Shown here: positions 8,876 through 20,649 of the stretch, piece after piece
How the letters are laid out: each line of letters starts with the position of its first letter
Position numbering within the stretch: the first letter of the stretch is position 1
Source: an uncultured Spirochaetota bacterium
GTDB taxonomy: Bacteria > Spirochaetota > Spirochaetia > SZUA-6 > Fen-1364
NCBI GenBank assembly: GCA_963781885.1
Contig: CAWAHW010000002.1
Location: 768,001 to 832,000 of the forward strand
Length of the DNA: 64,000 nucleotides
Direction of reading: 5' to 3'
The notes under the pieces: model-generated
Seen by the model: only the letters and a program-made list of their open reading frames with translations
Told to the model about the DNA's origin: nothing
Database searches by the model: none
Position numbers and translations under genes: made by a program

Positions 8876-10456
8876 ATGAAACGTGTCCTCTTGACGTGCA
8901 TCGCGGCGGCGCTTGCGCTGCCGGCCCTTTTTGCCGACGACGCGGCGACGCCGCAGACTCTTTCACTCGGCGATCTGCCTGCCCTGGTGCTCGGTCACGA
9001 CACGGGCGCCGCGATCTCGGCGCAGACCACGCAGTTCGCCCTCCACACCTACCGGGGAGCCATCGCGCAGGCCCTTCCCCAGATCGACTTCACCTCCAAC
9101 TATTCCCTCGCCTATACGCCCCTGTACGAGTCGGAATCGATCAGCCTCGGAGTCCCCCCGTACGGCTTCGGGATAGACGACACGAAGACGCAGGACCAGG
9201 GGAATCACTTCCTGGACACGAAGCTTTCCCTGTCGCAGCTCCTGCCCACGGCGGGCAACCTCTTCTTCAGCCTCGAAAACAGCATGACGATCAGCGCCGT
9301 CGGCAGCCAGACGGTGAACGGCATCGCCGTGACCACGGCCGACACGCAGTTCAGCGAGAAGCCGAAGGTGAGCCTCAACCTCACGCAGCCGCTTCTCCTC
9401 AATGGCAAGCTGATCGACTTCGACCTCTTTCCCGCAACGCTCCGCAAGGCGGAGCTGGGCTATCTCGAGCAGGACGCCGCGGACATGGCGCAGAGGAACC
9501 AGCTCGTGGGTCAGGCCGTGCAGAGCTATCTCGCGGTCATCCAGCTTCGCCGGAATGTCGCCCAGACGCAGAAGAGCATCGACGTGACGCAGGGCAATCT
9601 CGACGTGATGGAGAAGAACTACTCGCTGGGGCTCGTGGCGGAGCCTGACCTGCTGGACGCGCGCATCGGCCTTTCCCGTCAGAAGCAGGCGCTCCTGGAG
9701 CTCTCCTCCACGCTCGCGAAGACCGAGCGCCTGCTCGCACACGCAATCGGCAGGACCGACGTTGCAGCCGTCGTGTTCTCGGAGGACATCCCGCCGCTCG
9801 CCTTCGGCCTCGGCCGCGAGGAGGCAGTGGCGCGGGCCTTCAGCGGTCACCCGCTCCTCCGTCAGAAGGGGCTCACCGCGGAGGAAAGGCGCCTGGACAC
9901 GATACTCGCCGGGCAGCAGTATGCCTCCACGCTGTCCCTTTCATTCTCCTGGTCGCCCCGTTACCCCTTCACCACGAACACGCCGTACATGACGGACTTC
10001 AACTCGTCGTTCTCCGATCTGTTCAAGACGGGCGCGGGAAACGATTACTCCCTCGCCGCGGGTCTCACGATCCACCTCTATGATGGCGGCAGCCAGAGGG
10101 AGGGTCTCGCGGGCCAGGCGGCGCTCGGTGCGGCCGCGGACCAGGGTCTGGTTGCCCAGAGGCAGGAGGTGCAGGACCAGGTGGAGCTGGACCTCCTGGA
10201 AATGGCGAGTCTCCAGGAAAAGGTGGCGCTGCTGGAAGAATCGGCGCGGCTGGACGAGCGGCGGCTCTCGACGGAGCAGAGCCTGCTCGCGTTGGGCAAG
10301 TCAACCGAGCTTGCGGTGGAGTCGAAGGCTGCCGACGTCGATGCCGGGGCAAACGAGCTGTGGCGCGCGCGGGCGGATCTCTATCTCACGATTCTGGACC
10401 TGCATTCCCTCACGGGGGATGACGTGGCGAAGATCGTCCAAGGAAACGGGAAATGA
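8876..10456 (+). CDS. TolC-family outer membrane efflux protein
   Basis: Signal peptide MKRVLLTCIAAAL and OEP-type repeats (ALPQIDFT, LTIHLYDGG). Confidence 0.85.
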   Translation: MKRVLLTCIAAALALPALFADDAATPQTLSLGDLPALVLGHDTGAAISAQTTQFALHTYRGAIAQALPQIDFTSNYSLAYTPLYESESISLGVPPYGFGIDDTKTQDQGNHFLDTKLSLSQLLPTAGNLFFSLENSMTISAVGSQTVNGIAVTTADTQFSEKPKVSLNLTQPLLLNGKLIDFDLFPATLRKAELGYLEQDAADMAQRNQLVGQAVQSYLAVIQLRRNVAQTQKSIDVTQGNLDVMEKNYSLGLVAEPDLLDARIGLSRQKQALLELSSTLAKTERLLAHAIGRTDVAAVVFSEDIPPLAFGLGREEAVARAFSGHPLLRQKGLTAEERRLDTILAGQQYASTLSLSFSWSPRYPFTTNTPYMTDFNSSFSDLFKTGAGNDYSLAAGLTIHLYDGGSQREGLAGQAALGAAADQGLVAQRQEVQDQVELDLLEMASLQEKVALLEESARLDERRLSTEQSLLALGKSTELAVESKAADVDAGANELWRARADLYLTILDLHSLTGDDVAKIVQGNGK

Positions 10457-11754
10457 AACGACGACGGGTCCTGTATGTGATCGGTGCAATCATCGTCCTC
10501 ATCGCCGCCGTGGTGATCCTCAACTTCACGCTGAAGGGGAGCAAGTACGATACGGCCATCCCGGTGCGCGGCTACGTGGCGGCAAAGGGGAGGCTGGAGG
10601 ACCGGGTGAGCGGCGACGGCACCTTCAAGGCCCGCAGCACCGTCACGGTGGTCGCGCAGGTCTCGGGCGAGGTGAAGACCATACCCGTGGATGAGAACTC
10701 CATCGTCCAGGAGGGCACGGTGCTCGTGACCCTCCGCGATGACGACTATGCCCTCTCCGTGCAGAAGATGAAGGCGTCGCTCGACTCCACGCGCCGCAGC
10801 ATCCAGCAATCCCTGGTCACCCTGCGGGCCCAGTACAGGAGCGCGGTCTCATCTCTTTCCGATGCCCAGCGCACCTTGGACAAGAACAAGGAGCTTTTCG
10901 CGACAAAATCCATTTCGGAAGAGGTCTACCAGCACTCCTCCGACGCGCTTGCCACCGCGAAGGTGAGCTGGCAATCGGCGCGCGAGCAGCTCGACCTGCG
11001 CTGCGATCTTCCGCTGGACGCGGAACCGCCCCTGGACGGCTCCCACGATGCGCAGGTGATCGAGGCGTCACCCGAGGTGGAGCAGGCGCTGCTCTCCCTG
11101 CGCTCGGCGGAGGACAGCGTGGCGCGCTGCACCATCACCTCACCCGTCGCGGGAACCGTCACGAAGGTGATGCCGTCCGTCGGCGACATGGTCGCGCCGA
11201 ATACCCAGCTCGTTCGGGTGGAGGACCTGGGCGACATGCAGGCGGAGATACAGATCGACGAGGTGGACATCGGCAAGATCCACCTCGGCCAGCCCGCCGA
11301 GATCACGAGCGATTCGCTCATCGGCCTCACGCTGCACGGCGCCGTGGAGACCATCGCGCCGACCATCACGAGCCTCGGGTCCACCCGCGTGAGCCTCGTC
11401 GACCTGCGCATCGATCGCCGCGCGATTCTCAACCCGGCGACCGTGACGCTGCGCTCGGGGGCGTCGTGCACGGCGCGCATCACCACGAGCATCACGGAAG
11501 ACGCGCTCCTCATCCCGCTTTCGGGCTTTCTCGCGGAAGAGAACGTCAACTCGGTGTTCCTCCTCACGTCGACGGGCCGCACGTCCCCGGCCGGCCAGGA
11601 CATCTACCTCGTCACGAAGCGCGACGTGACGATCGGCGCGAGCGACGTGAACAACGTGGAGGTGACAAAGGGTCTTGCCGCGGGCGACACCATCGTCGCG
11701 GGCAACCTGAAGCTGATCCGGGACGGCATCCTCGTGACGCTCCGTCAGGACTGA
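10453..11754 (+). CDS. Efflux periplasmic adaptor subunit (MacA-like)
   Basis: N-terminal TM, lipoyl-like half motifs ([17 protein letters not shown]) and IDEVDIGKI. Confidence 0.9.
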   Translation: MKRRRVLYVIGAIIVLIAAVVILNFTLKGSKYDTAIPVRGYVAAKGRLEDRVSGDGTFKARSTVTVVAQVSGEVKTIPVDENSIVQEGTVLVTLRDDDYALSVQKMKASLDSTRRSIQQSLVTLRAQYRSAVSSLSDAQRTLDKNKELFATKSISEEVYQHSSDALATAKVSWQSAREQLDLRCDLPLDAEPPLDGSHDAQVIEASPEVEQALLSLRSAEDSVARCTITSPVAGTVTKVMPSVGDMVAPNTQLVRVEDLGDMQAEIQIDEVDIGKIHLGQPAEITSDSLIGLTLHGAVETIAPTITSLGSTRVSLVDLRIDRRAILNPATVTLRSGASCTARITTSITEDALLIPLSGFLAEENVNSVFLLTSTGRTSPAGQDIYLVTKRDVTIGASDVNNVEVTKGLAAGDTIVAGNLKLIRDGILVTLRQD

Positions 11755-11756
11755 CG

Positions 11757-12470
11757 ATGATCCAGCTGGAGGCGATCACGAAGGTCTACCACATGGGCAA
11801 GCTGGACGTGCCGGCGCTGCGCGGCGTCACGCTGCGCGTGGAGGAGCACGAGTTCGTCGCCATCATGGGACCCTCCGGCTCGGGCAAGTCCACGCTCATG
11901 AACATCATCGGCTGTCTCGATCGCCTGTCGGAGGGCAGCTATGTCCTGGACGGCATCGACGTCTCGCGCATGGCCGACAATGACCTCGCCGAGGTGCGCA
12001 ACCGCAAGATCGGTTTCGTCTTCCAGACCTTCAATCTCCTCCCCCGCATGACGTCGCTGCGCAACGTGGAGCTCCCCCTCATCTACAGCGCCGTCTCCAA
12101 GCGGGAGCGCCGCGACAGGGCCATGACGGCGCTGAAACAGGTGGGCCTGGAGAACCGCGCGCTCCACCGCCCGAACGAGCTTTCCGGCGGCCAGCGCCAG
12201 CGGGTGGCCATTGCGCGCGCGCTCATCAATCGTCCCGCCATCCTCCTTGCCGACGAGCCGACGGGGAACCTCGACTCGAAGACCGGGGAGGAGATCATGG
12301 CAACCATCCAGGACCTCAACGACCAGGGGGCCACCATCATTCTCGTCACGCACGAGCCGGACATCGCGGCCTGCGCGCGGCGCATCGTCGCCATTCGCGA
12401 CGGCCTCGTGACGCGCGACGAGCCGGTCGCGCACCGGACGCTGCACTCCGTTGGCGGCTTCGAGTCATGA
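11757..12470 (+). CDS. ABC transporter ATP-binding protein (MacB/LolD-type)
   Basis: [16 protein letters not shown] and [12 protein letters not shown]. Confidence 0.95.
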   Translation: MIQLEAITKVYHMGKLDVPALRGVTLRVEEHEFVAIMGPSGSGKSTLMNIIGCLDRLSEGSYVLDGIDVSRMADNDLAEVRNRKIGFVFQTFNLLPRMTSLRNVELPLIYSAVSKRERRDRAMTALKQVGLENRALHRPNELSGGQRQRVAIARALINRPAILLADEPTGNLDSKTGEEIMATIQDLNDQGATIILVTHEPDIAACARRIVAIRDGLVTRDEPVAHRTLHSVGGFES

Positions 12471-13684
12471 ACGTCACCGAGGGTTTCCGCGAATCCTGGG
12501 ACACCATCCGCCACAACCGCCTGCGCACCATCCTCACCATGCTCGGAATGAACATCGGCGTCGCCTCCGTGATCGCCGTGATGGCGACGGGTCTCATGGG
12601 GCGCGGTGCCATCATGAAGGGCATCGAGAACATCGGCTCCAGCCTCCTCTGGGTGCAGGCGGCGCGGGATTCCTACCCCACGGGTCGCGATATCACCTAC
12701 TTGAAGCCCGTGGACCTGTCGACGCTCGCCACGATCGTGCAGGACGCATGGATATCGCCCAACCTGCGCGCGAACTATTCCATGGGATACCGCGGCGACC
12801 AGGAGATGTCCTCCGTCTACGGCGTATGGCCGGACTACCAGCGCATGTGGGGGAGGGCGCTGCAGGCCGGACGCTCCATCAGCAAGGAGGACGTGGACCA
12901 GCGCCGACGCGTCGTGGTCCTGGGCATGAACACCGCGCGCGCGTTCTTTCAGACCGAGGACGCCGCCCTTGGCAACAGCGTGAGCTTTGCCGGCAAGGAT
13001 TTCACCGTGATCGGCGTCATGGCGAAGAAGGAGAGGTCCCCCGTGGACGACGGCTCCGACGACGACACCGCGTACGTACCCTACGAGATACTGTCGGATG
13101 TCACGAACTGGGACCAGTACGGCGGCCCCCGGATCATGCGCATCTATCTCAAGGTCCATGACATGGCGGACCTCGACTTCGTCTCCGGGCAGATCGACCA
13201 GTACCTCGATCACAAGTACGGCAAGGTGGAAGGGAAGCCCCGATTCGTCGTGAAGAAGGCGGAGGACAGCATCCAGACCACCAACAAGGTCTTCGACATC
13301 ATCACGACCGTCATCACGCTGATCGCCGGCATCTCTCTGGTGGTCGGGGGCATCGGCATCATGAACATCATGCTCATCACGGTCACCGAGCGTACGCGCG
13401 AGATCGGCATCCGCAAGGCGCTGGGCGCCAAGCGCCGCGACATCCTCGCCCAGTTCCTCATCGAGTCGATCATCATCTGCCTCATCGGCGGCGGCGTCGG
13501 CATCCTCTTCGGCATCGGCATCACCGCGATCATCTCCGTGGCCCAGAAATGGGAGTACCTTCTTCCCTGGGCCGCCATCATGCTCGGGCTCGGGGTCTCC
13601 ATCGGCATCGGGCTCTTCTTCGGCATCTACCCGGCGCTGAAGGCGGCCCGGCTGGACCCCGTCGTGGCGCTGACGAAGGAGTAG
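12467..13684 (+). CDS. ABC transporter permease (MacB_PCD + FtsX)
   Basis: [28 protein letters not shown] motif. Confidence 0.95.
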   Translation: MNVTEGFRESWDTIRHNRLRTILTMLGMNIGVASVIAVMATGLMGRGAIMKGIENIGSSLLWVQAARDSYPTGRDITYLKPVDLSTLATIVQDAWISPNLRANYSMGYRGDQEMSSVYGVWPDYQRMWGRALQAGRSISKEDVDQRRRVVVLGMNTARAFFQTEDAALGNSVSFAGKDFTVIGVMAKKERSPVDDGSDDDTAYVPYEILSDVTNWDQYGGPRIMRIYLKVHDMADLDFVSGQIDQYLDHKYGKVEGKPRFVVKKAEDSIQTTNKVFDIITTVITLIAGISLVVGGIGIMNIMLITVTERTREIGIRKALGAKRRDILAQFLIESIIICLIGGGVGILFGIGITAIISVAQKWEYLLPWAAIMLGLGVSIGIGLFFGIYPALKAARLDPVVALTKE

Positions 13685-13687
13685 GCG

Positions 13688-14920
13688 GTGCGGCTGATCT
13701 CCCTCTTCGAGGAGGCGTGGCTCGCGATACGGACCAACAGGTCCCGCACCGCCCTCACCATCCTGGGCATCGTGATCGGGGTCGGCTCGGTCATCTCCGT
13801 GGTCGGCGTCGGTGAAGGAGCCAAGCGGGTCGTGGGGGACCTTCTCGGGCAGTTCGGGTCCACCTCCATCATCGTGGCGCCCAATTTCACCGCCATCCGC
13901 GAGAGCAAGGGAAAGTTCCGTTTCGAGGAGATCTCGCGGGACGACATCGAGACGATCAACACCCGCGCGCCCGCCGTCCGCGGCGTCACGCCGCAGATCC
14001 AGATGGATGCCGAGGTGAAGTACGGGGACACCACGGAGAAGGCGACGCTCTTCGGCACCATGCACCAGTACCTCTCCGCGAGCAAGCTCTCCCTGCGCCG
14101 GGGTCGTTTCCTCGATCCCGATGACGACACGTTCATGAGAAAGGTCGGCGTGCTGGGCGCCGATCTTGCCCAGAATCTTTTCGGCGCGGACAACCCCGTC
14201 GGCAAATACGTGCGCATCAACAATATCGTCGAGGTCGAAATCATCGGCGTTCTGGAGAAGGAGGAAAAATCCTTCATCTCCACGGTCTCTGATTTCGACA
14301 CGTCCAACAACAACCGCCTTTTCGTCCCGTCCTCCGCCATCGAGCGGGTGGGCGGGAGCTCGCAGGTGTACTTCCTCATCGGTGAGGCGGTGTCCGAAGA
14401 CCGCATCGACGAGGCGAAGCAGCAGATCATGGCCATCCTGGACAAGAGCCACGGCAAGTGGAGCGGCACGGTGGAGAAGTACTTCGTGCAGGAGATGGGC
14501 CAGGTGCTCGCGATGATCGACACGGCCACGAGCACGCTCACCACCGCCATTTCCATCATCGCGGGCATCGCGCTCCTGGTGGCCGGCATCGGGATCATGA
14601 ACATCATGCTCGTCTCGGTGAAGGAGCGCACCCGGGAGATCGGCGTGCGCAAGGCGCTGGGCGCCCGGCAGTCATCGCTGCTCAACCAGTTCCTGCTGGA
14701 GACGCTCATTCTCTGCGGCGGCGGGGGTCTGTTCGGGGTCGGCTTCGCGGTCGCCGCCATCCAGCTCGTCGCATCGCTGTCAAAATGGCCCGCCGTTATT
14801 TCCCTCAGCGTCATCGAGCTGGCCGTCATCCTTTCCCTCGTGACGGGTCTCATCTTCGGCCTGTATCCGGCAAGCCGCGCGGCAAAAATGGATCCCGTTG
14901 AGGCGCTGCGCTACGAATAG
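13688..14920 (+). CDS. ABC transporter permease (MacB_PCD + FtsX), second paralog
   Basis: [27 protein letters not shown] motif; ends DPVEALRYE. Confidence 0.95.
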   Translation: MRLISLFEEAWLAIRTNRSRTALTILGIVIGVGSVISVVGVGEGAKRVVGDLLGQFGSTSIIVAPNFTAIRESKGKFRFEEISRDDIETINTRAPAVRGVTPQIQMDAEVKYGDTTEKATLFGTMHQYLSASKLSLRRGRFLDPDDDTFMRKVGVLGADLAQNLFGADNPVGKYVRINNIVEVEIIGVLEKEEKSFISTVSDFDTSNNNRLFVPSSAIERVGGSSQVYFLIGEAVSEDRIDEAKQQIMAILDKSHGKWSGTVEKYFVQEMGQVLAMIDTATSTLTTAISIIAGIALLVAGIGIMNIMLVSVKERTREIGVRKALGARQSSLLNQFLLETLILCGGGGLFGVGFAVAAIQLVASLSKWPAVISLSVIELAVILSLVTGLIFGLYPASRAAKMDPVEALRYE

Positions 14921-15022
14921 CGCAACGCGGTCGCTCCTGGCGACATTTTGGCCTCAACGAGGGCGGCAGCTGTTTCGTAGAAACGGCGGGAGCCCAGGCC
15001 CCGCGCTGCGCTACGAATAGCG
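14903..15022 (+). repeat. 20-bp direct repeat duplicating the permease 3' end around an 80-bp insert
   Basis: GCGCTGCGCTACGAATAGCG at 14903-14922 and 15003-15022. Confidence 0.9.
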
Positions 15023-15122
15023 GCCTGAAAGGCCGCCACGGCGGGCGTCTTTTTACGTTGACGGCGGCCGGCTGATTGCGCCTATACTTCCTGGTAGCTC
15101 GTCATTCTCTGGGAGGGGAACG

Positions 15123-16876
15123 ATGGCCGAACAGCTCATTGCTCAAGAATTTGCCCTTCATCAAGGTGCTTCCTGCCTGGGCACAGGAGCTCTCGTACAA
15201 GTACTGCTCGAAGACCGCCAACCTCTATCTCCTGTCCGGCAACATCCGCGACTTCATGCCGCACAAGATGAAGGAAGGCGAGTTCAACTTCGTGAAGATC
15301 CAGGACTACGTCTCCGAGGTCCTCTTCGGCAACCGCGACATCATCTGCTTCTACGACCGCTCCTCGGGCGTGAGCTTCTGCAAACCCGAGATGAAGAAAG
15401 ACTACTTGATGCACATGCGACAGCTCGCGCCAAAGGCCACGCCGGGCTCGCTCCTGTCGCGCAACCCCGTGAAGGCGCTGGCGAATCTCGAGAGGTACTT
15501 CTACGCCAACATCAAGAACAACAAGCGCATCGTGCTCATCATCGACTATTCGGAGACCGTGGTGCCGAACACCGACATCTCCCGCTACACCGACGAGGAC
15601 CGCTACTGCCTGGTGACCCTCAACCGCTGGGCCAATGACCCGATCTTTACGCAGGGCGACGTCTCCATCCTCCTCCTCACGGAAAATCTCTCCGACATCA
15701 ACCCGACCATCGTCCGCTCGCCGAGCGCCATCAAGGTGAACATCCCCATCCCCGATGAAAGGGTGCGGGAAAGCTTCCTGCACTTCCTCGACAGGAGCGG
15801 CAAGCTGCTCCTGGAGCAATCCCTCACGATCCCCGAGTTCGCGGGCATCACGAGCGGTCTCAACCTGGTGAACCTCAACCAGCTCGCCGCGGAGAGCTTC
15901 CAGGAGGACCGGGAGATCAACCTCGGCTATCTGAAGGAAAAGAAAAAGCAGATCATCGAGGCCGAGGCCGTGGGGCTGCTGGAGTTCATCGAGAGCGAGC
16001 ACGACCTGGCGGCGGTGTCCGGCCACGATTTCGTCAAGAAGCGTTTCCGCAGCGCGGCAAAGGCCATCCGCGAGAGCAGGTTCGACGTGTTGCCCATGGG
16101 ATACCTGATCGCCGGGCCTGTTGGCACCGGGCAAGAGCTTCATGGTCACCGCCTTTACCGGAGAAATCGGCATCCCCATCGTGAAGTTCCGCAACTTCCG
16201 TTCCAAGTGGCAGGGCGTCACGGAGAGCAACCTGGAAAAGATCCTCAACATCCTGAAGGCAATGGCTCCGGTGGGAGTCATGATCGACGAGGCGGACGCG
16301 TTCCTCGGCGACCGCAACCAGGATGGCGACTCCGGCACGAGCAACCGCATCTTCGCCCAGATCGCCTCCTTCATGGGCAATACGGAATACCGCGGCAAGA
16401 TCATCTGGTTCCTCATCACCTGTCGGCCCGATCTCCTGCCCATCGACTTGAAGCGCCAGGGCAGGGCGGAGGAGCACCTCGCCCTCTTCTACCCCGACAC
16501 CATCGAGGAGAAGGAGGACCTCTTCTCGACGTTGGTGAAGAAGCTCGCCCTGCGCATGCAGAAAACGAATGTGGCCGAGCTCTTCCGCCGGTACAAGTAC
16601 GACTTCTCGGGAGCCGACCTTGAATCCGTCCTGATCCGCGCGAAGTTCCTCTCCGCGATGAACAACCATGTCTTCATCACCAAGGGAGACCTGGAGGAGA
16701 CAATTCAGGACTTCATGCCTCCCGCGTATCCGCACGAGATCGAGCTGCAGAACCTCGTGGCCGTGCTCGAGTGCACGAGCCGCGAGATGGTCCCCCGGCG
16801 TTTCCGTGACATGACGCGCGACAAGCTGGTGACCGAGATCAAGCAGCTGAAGGTGCTGCTGCACGAGAGGGAGTAG
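15123..16876 (+). CDS. AAA+ ATPase (degenerate N-terminal module plus active C-terminal AAA); frameshifts near 15130 and 16130
   Basis: GGAGG RBS before ATG 15123. The joined frames give Walker A GPVGTGKS, Walker B VMIDEAD and arginine finger LKRQGR. Confidence 0.8.
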
Positions 16877-16929
16877 CGGCCGTGCCCCGGCCTTGATTTC
16901 ATACACCGCCACCGTCACACTCCGGGGCA

Positions 16930-19453
16930 ATGCACGTTCGTCCAGCGCCGGCCGGCGACATTCTTCGGGCGCGCGTCCCGTTCTTCAGCCGCATGGCGGT
17001 CAAGCTCGCCCTTGCGGGGAGCGGCCTCGTGCTCCTGGCCGTTTCCTTCACCGCCGGTTTCATCGTCCGCTTTGCCACCGACGAGCTCCGCGGCACGCTC
17101 CTCCAGCGCAACCGGCAGATCGCCACGCAGGCGGCAAACGAGATCGGCTCCTTCATCGACGTTGCGCGGCGCGACCTGCTCTCCACCTCCGACTTCATGC
17201 AGCTCGTGTCGCATACGCCGTGGGTGCGTGACGTCCTCCTGAAGAATCACGTCATGTCCGCGAGGCTCTTCGAGTCCGTCATCGCGGTCGACCGTGCGGG
17301 GCAGGTCGTCGCCGACAGCGGCATCGGGGCGCCCGACATCACCTCTTTTCCCGCGGAGGCTTTCCGGCGCGCGCAGACGGGCGCCGGCTGGACGTCTCCC
17401 GTCAGCATCGACGCGCACCAGCTTCCCGTCATGACGTTCGTCACGCCCGTGGACGCGGACATTGCCCTCATTGCGCGTCTGCCCCTGCAGAAGATCTGGA
17501 GTCTCATCGACGGCATCGATGCGGGCCCGGGCGGATTTGCCTATCTGGTTTCCGCGGAGGGGACCCTCCTGGCCTATCCCGACAAGGCGGTCATCATCCG
17601 CGGCCAGAAGCCCGCGCAGGTCCGCGCCCCGGGCATCGCCCCGCCGCTTATCGTGAGCAGCGTCGTGCCCGGCCTGGAGTGGACGGTCTTCATCGAGCAG
17701 CCCGCGGCGAAGGCCTACCTCCCCGTCTTCCAGATGGTCCGCCGCTCACTCGTCTATTTCCTGGCCGGGCTCTCCATGGCGGTGCTGCTCGGCGGCGCCT
17801 TCGCGGTGCTCTACGCGCGCTCCCTGGACGCCCTGCTCCTCGGCACGGCCCGTATTGCGGAAGGAGATCTCTCCTACAGGATCGACGAGACGCGCCGGGA
17901 CGAGTTCGGCGTCCTTTCCGATGCGTTCAACGACATGGTGGAGCGCCTGCGCGAGCGCACGACCGCGCTGGAGGAGTCGGAGAGCCGATATCGGCGCGTG
18001 GCGGAGAGCGTCTGGGACATCATCTACTCGATGGACGCCGCCGGTTGCTTCCTTTTCCTCAACACGCGCGTCGAGACGATCCTGGGGCGCCATGTGGCCG
18101 ACATGATGGGCCGACCCTTCATCGAGTTCATCGCCCCGTCGCAAAGGGTGAGGAAGGAGCGGGAGCTGCGGAGGTTCATCGCCGATGCCCGGCCGTCCGG
18201 CGTGGCGGGGGAAGTGCGCGCCATGGCCGCGGATGGCGGCGAGGTGATCCTCGAATACACGAGCATCACGATGAGTCTCCCCTCGGGGGAGGTCCAGGTC
18301 TTCGGCGTTGCGCGCGACGTCACCGCACGTCGACGCATCGAGGAGAAGCTCCGCAGGGCGGAGAAGCTCGCGGCGCTGGGCGAGATCGTCTCCAAGGTCG
18401 CGCACGAGCTGCGCAACGCCGTCGCGGGGATCACCGCCTCCATGGAGCTCGCACGCGACCGCGGCGGGCAGGGAGCCCTTGCCGATGACCTGGACCGCGT
18501 GCTTTCGGAGGCGCGCAACGCGCAGGGCATCGTGGAAGGGCTCCTGGGCACCTCGGCGCCGACGGGGGCCGCGAATGTCTCCTGCGGCCTCCACGACGCG
18601 CTCCGCGCCGTGATCGGGCTGCGCCGCGGCCGATGGGAATCCAGCGGGATCGCGGCGCACGTCGCACTGTGCGACCGGGAGCTTTTCGTCGTCGCCAATC
18701 CCGGGCAGCTCCGCCAGGTATTCCACAACATCATCGACAACGCGGAGCGTGCCGTCGCGGCGATGCCGGGCGCTTCGCCCCACGAGATGTGGATCAGGTC
18801 GTGGCAGGCCGCGGGGCGGGCCTGCGTCGAGATCGAGGACGCGGGCCCCGGGATTCCCGCCCAGAACCTGCCGAAGCTCTTCGACCCCTTCTTCACGACG
18901 CGCGCGCCCGGCGAAGGCACCGGCCTGGGGCTCGCCCTCTCCCTTGGTTTCGTGGAGTCCTTTGGCGGCGACATCAAGGCCGGCGAATCGACCCGCGGGA
19001 GGCGCCTTCTTCAGGGTGGAGCTGCCCTGCACCGGGGAGGCCGGAGAGGCGCGCCCCGCGGGACCCGCGATTGCCGCGGCCCGACGCATCCTGGTTGCCG
19101 AGGATGAGACGGCCATCCGGGAGTTCGCCCACGATTTTCTGGAGAGCCTCGGTTACGCGGTCGACCCCGCGGCAAACGGGCAGGAGGCGGTCGCCCTCCT
19201 TGCGGCCGGCGCGCCGTATGCCTTGGTGATCTCGGACTTCCAGATGCCCGACCGCGACGGTCGCGCGCTCTACGACTGGATCCGGGCGAGCAGGCCGAAC
19301 CTGCTTTCACGGCTCATCTACATCACCGGCGACAGCCTCAATCCCGCCACCCGGCTCTTCCTCGAGGAATCCGGCGTGCCCTATCTCCTGAAGCCCGTGC
19401 GCGCGCCGATCCTCGCGTCGATGGTGGAGCGCATGCTCGCCAGCGGGGGGTGA
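16930..19453 (+). CDS. Hybrid sensor histidine kinase (Cache-like, HAMP, PAS, HisKA, HATPase, REC); frameshift near 18995
   Basis: VAHELRN H-box, FDPFFTT and GTGLGL. The receiver domain (ILVAEDE, ISDFQMP, LLKP) is in the next frame. Confidence 0.88.
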
Positions 19454-19484
19454 GGCGCGGAGGCGCAGAAGGGAATTTCGCGTG

Positions 19485-19512
19485 TTGACGTTCCGCGGCG
19501 CGCGGTTAGAAT
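19485..19512 (+). promoter_or_regulatory. Sigma70-type promoter upstream of hisB
   Basis: TTGACG-16 bp-TAGAAT. Confidence 0.6.
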
Positions 19513-19596
19513 AGCGCGAATGCCGCGGAGTCACACGGGGGGACCGTGTATGACGCCGTGGCCGGCACGGACTGCCGATTGCGAAAGGTGGCCACA

Positions 19597-20181
19597 ATGT
19601 CATCTCGCCTCGTACAGCTCTCCCGCGCGACGCATGAGACGCAGATCAGCCTCGCCCTCGACCCGGACGCGGCGGTGGAAGGCGGCATCGCCACGGGGCT
19701 CGCCTTTTTCGATCACATGCTCACGGCGATGTCCTTTCACGGAAGGCTGGGTCTCATGGTGGCGGCCACCGGTGACATCGCGGTCGACCCCCATCACCTC
19801 GTGGAGGACGTCGGCCTTGTCCTCGGGCAGGCATTCGCGGACGTGCTGGCAAAAGGCGGCGCGGTGGCGCGCTTCGGCCATGCCGTGATCCCGATGGACG
19901 AGGCGCTCGCGGAGGTCACCGTCGATGTCTGCGGGAGGCCGACGCTCGCCCTGCACGCGGTCTTCGTCCATCTGTGGGCGGGCACATTCGATCTCTCGCT
20001 CCTGCGCGAGTTCTTCACGGCGCTTGCCTCATCGGCGCGGATCAGCCTTCACATCGACGTGCGGCGCGGCGAGAACGGCCACCATATGGCAGAGGCCGCG
20101 TTCAAGGCGCTCGGACGGGCGCTCGCCGCCGCCTACGCACGGGACGACCGCGCGATGTCTTCGAAGGGGCGCATCGGATAG
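19597..20181 (+). CDS. hisB: Imidazoleglycerol-phosphate dehydratase
   Basis: FFDHML, DPHHLVED, PMDEAL and NGHHMAEAAFKA motifs. Confidence 0.95.
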   Translation: MSSRLVQLSRATHETQISLALDPDAAVEGGIATGLAFFDHMLTAMSFHGRLGLMVAATGDIAVDPHHLVEDVGLVLGQAFADVLAKGGAVARFGHAVIPMDEALAEVTVDVCGRPTLALHAVFVHLWAGTFDLSLLREFFTALASSARISLHIDVRRGENGHHMAEAAFKALGRALAAAYARDDRAMSSKGRIG

Positions 20182-20301
20182 CTCCTCGCAATGGCCGACT
20201 TTCATCCGACAGCAAGGTGTTTACTCTAGAACGCCAATCAAGTATCTTGAAATCACCGTCGGGGAGAGCGCAGACGAGGCCGCGCGGCAGTGGAAGGGCA
20301 A

Positions 20302-20649
20302 ATGAGTGCGCAGGACATCCTGAAGAAGTTGCCTTCCGGTGGATTTTTGAAGATCCAGGGCGAGATTCCTGCATCGCTCGACAGCGACAAGAGAGTGGCG
20401 CTCATCCGCAAGGGCAATGAGTTGTTCAACAAGGGGGATTTCGCGCTCGCGGAGAAGATTTTCGTCACGACCAGATATTCTGATGGGCTGATCAGGGTGG
20501 GAGACCGATACCGGAAAGAGGGGCAGCCGCTCAAGGCCTTGCAGGCGTATTGGCTTGCGCCGGCGCCGGATAAGAGCGCGGTGCTCGTCGAGCAAATCGC
20601 GCAGGTGATGAAACAATGGCTTTCAGAGGAGAACACGAAAACGAAATGA
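20302..20649 (+). CDS. Hypothetical protein, TPR-like, coupled to the downstream TPR gene
   Basis: Coding-like ORF whose stop overlaps the next ATG (ATGA). Confidence 0.7.
   Translation: MSAQDILKKLPSGGFLKIQGEIPASLDSDKRVALIRKGNELFNKGDFALAEKIFVTTRYSDGLIRVGDRYRKEGQPLKALQAYWLAPAPDKSAVLVEQIAQVMKQWLSEENTKTK

Noticed and set aside
8843-8876. IS-derived hybrid promoter activating the TolC/MacAB operon
   Set aside because: The outward -35 is present, but there is no credible -10 at 16-18 bp in the integrated state.
14933-14996. tRNA gene in the 80-bp insert (7-bp stem followed by CCA)
   Set aside because: No TTCRA T-loop, no 7-nt anticodon loop and no discriminator base.
19513-19596. His attenuator or riboswitch in the hisB leader
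   Set aside because: A hairpin is present, but there is no His-codon run, T-box or recognisable aptamer.
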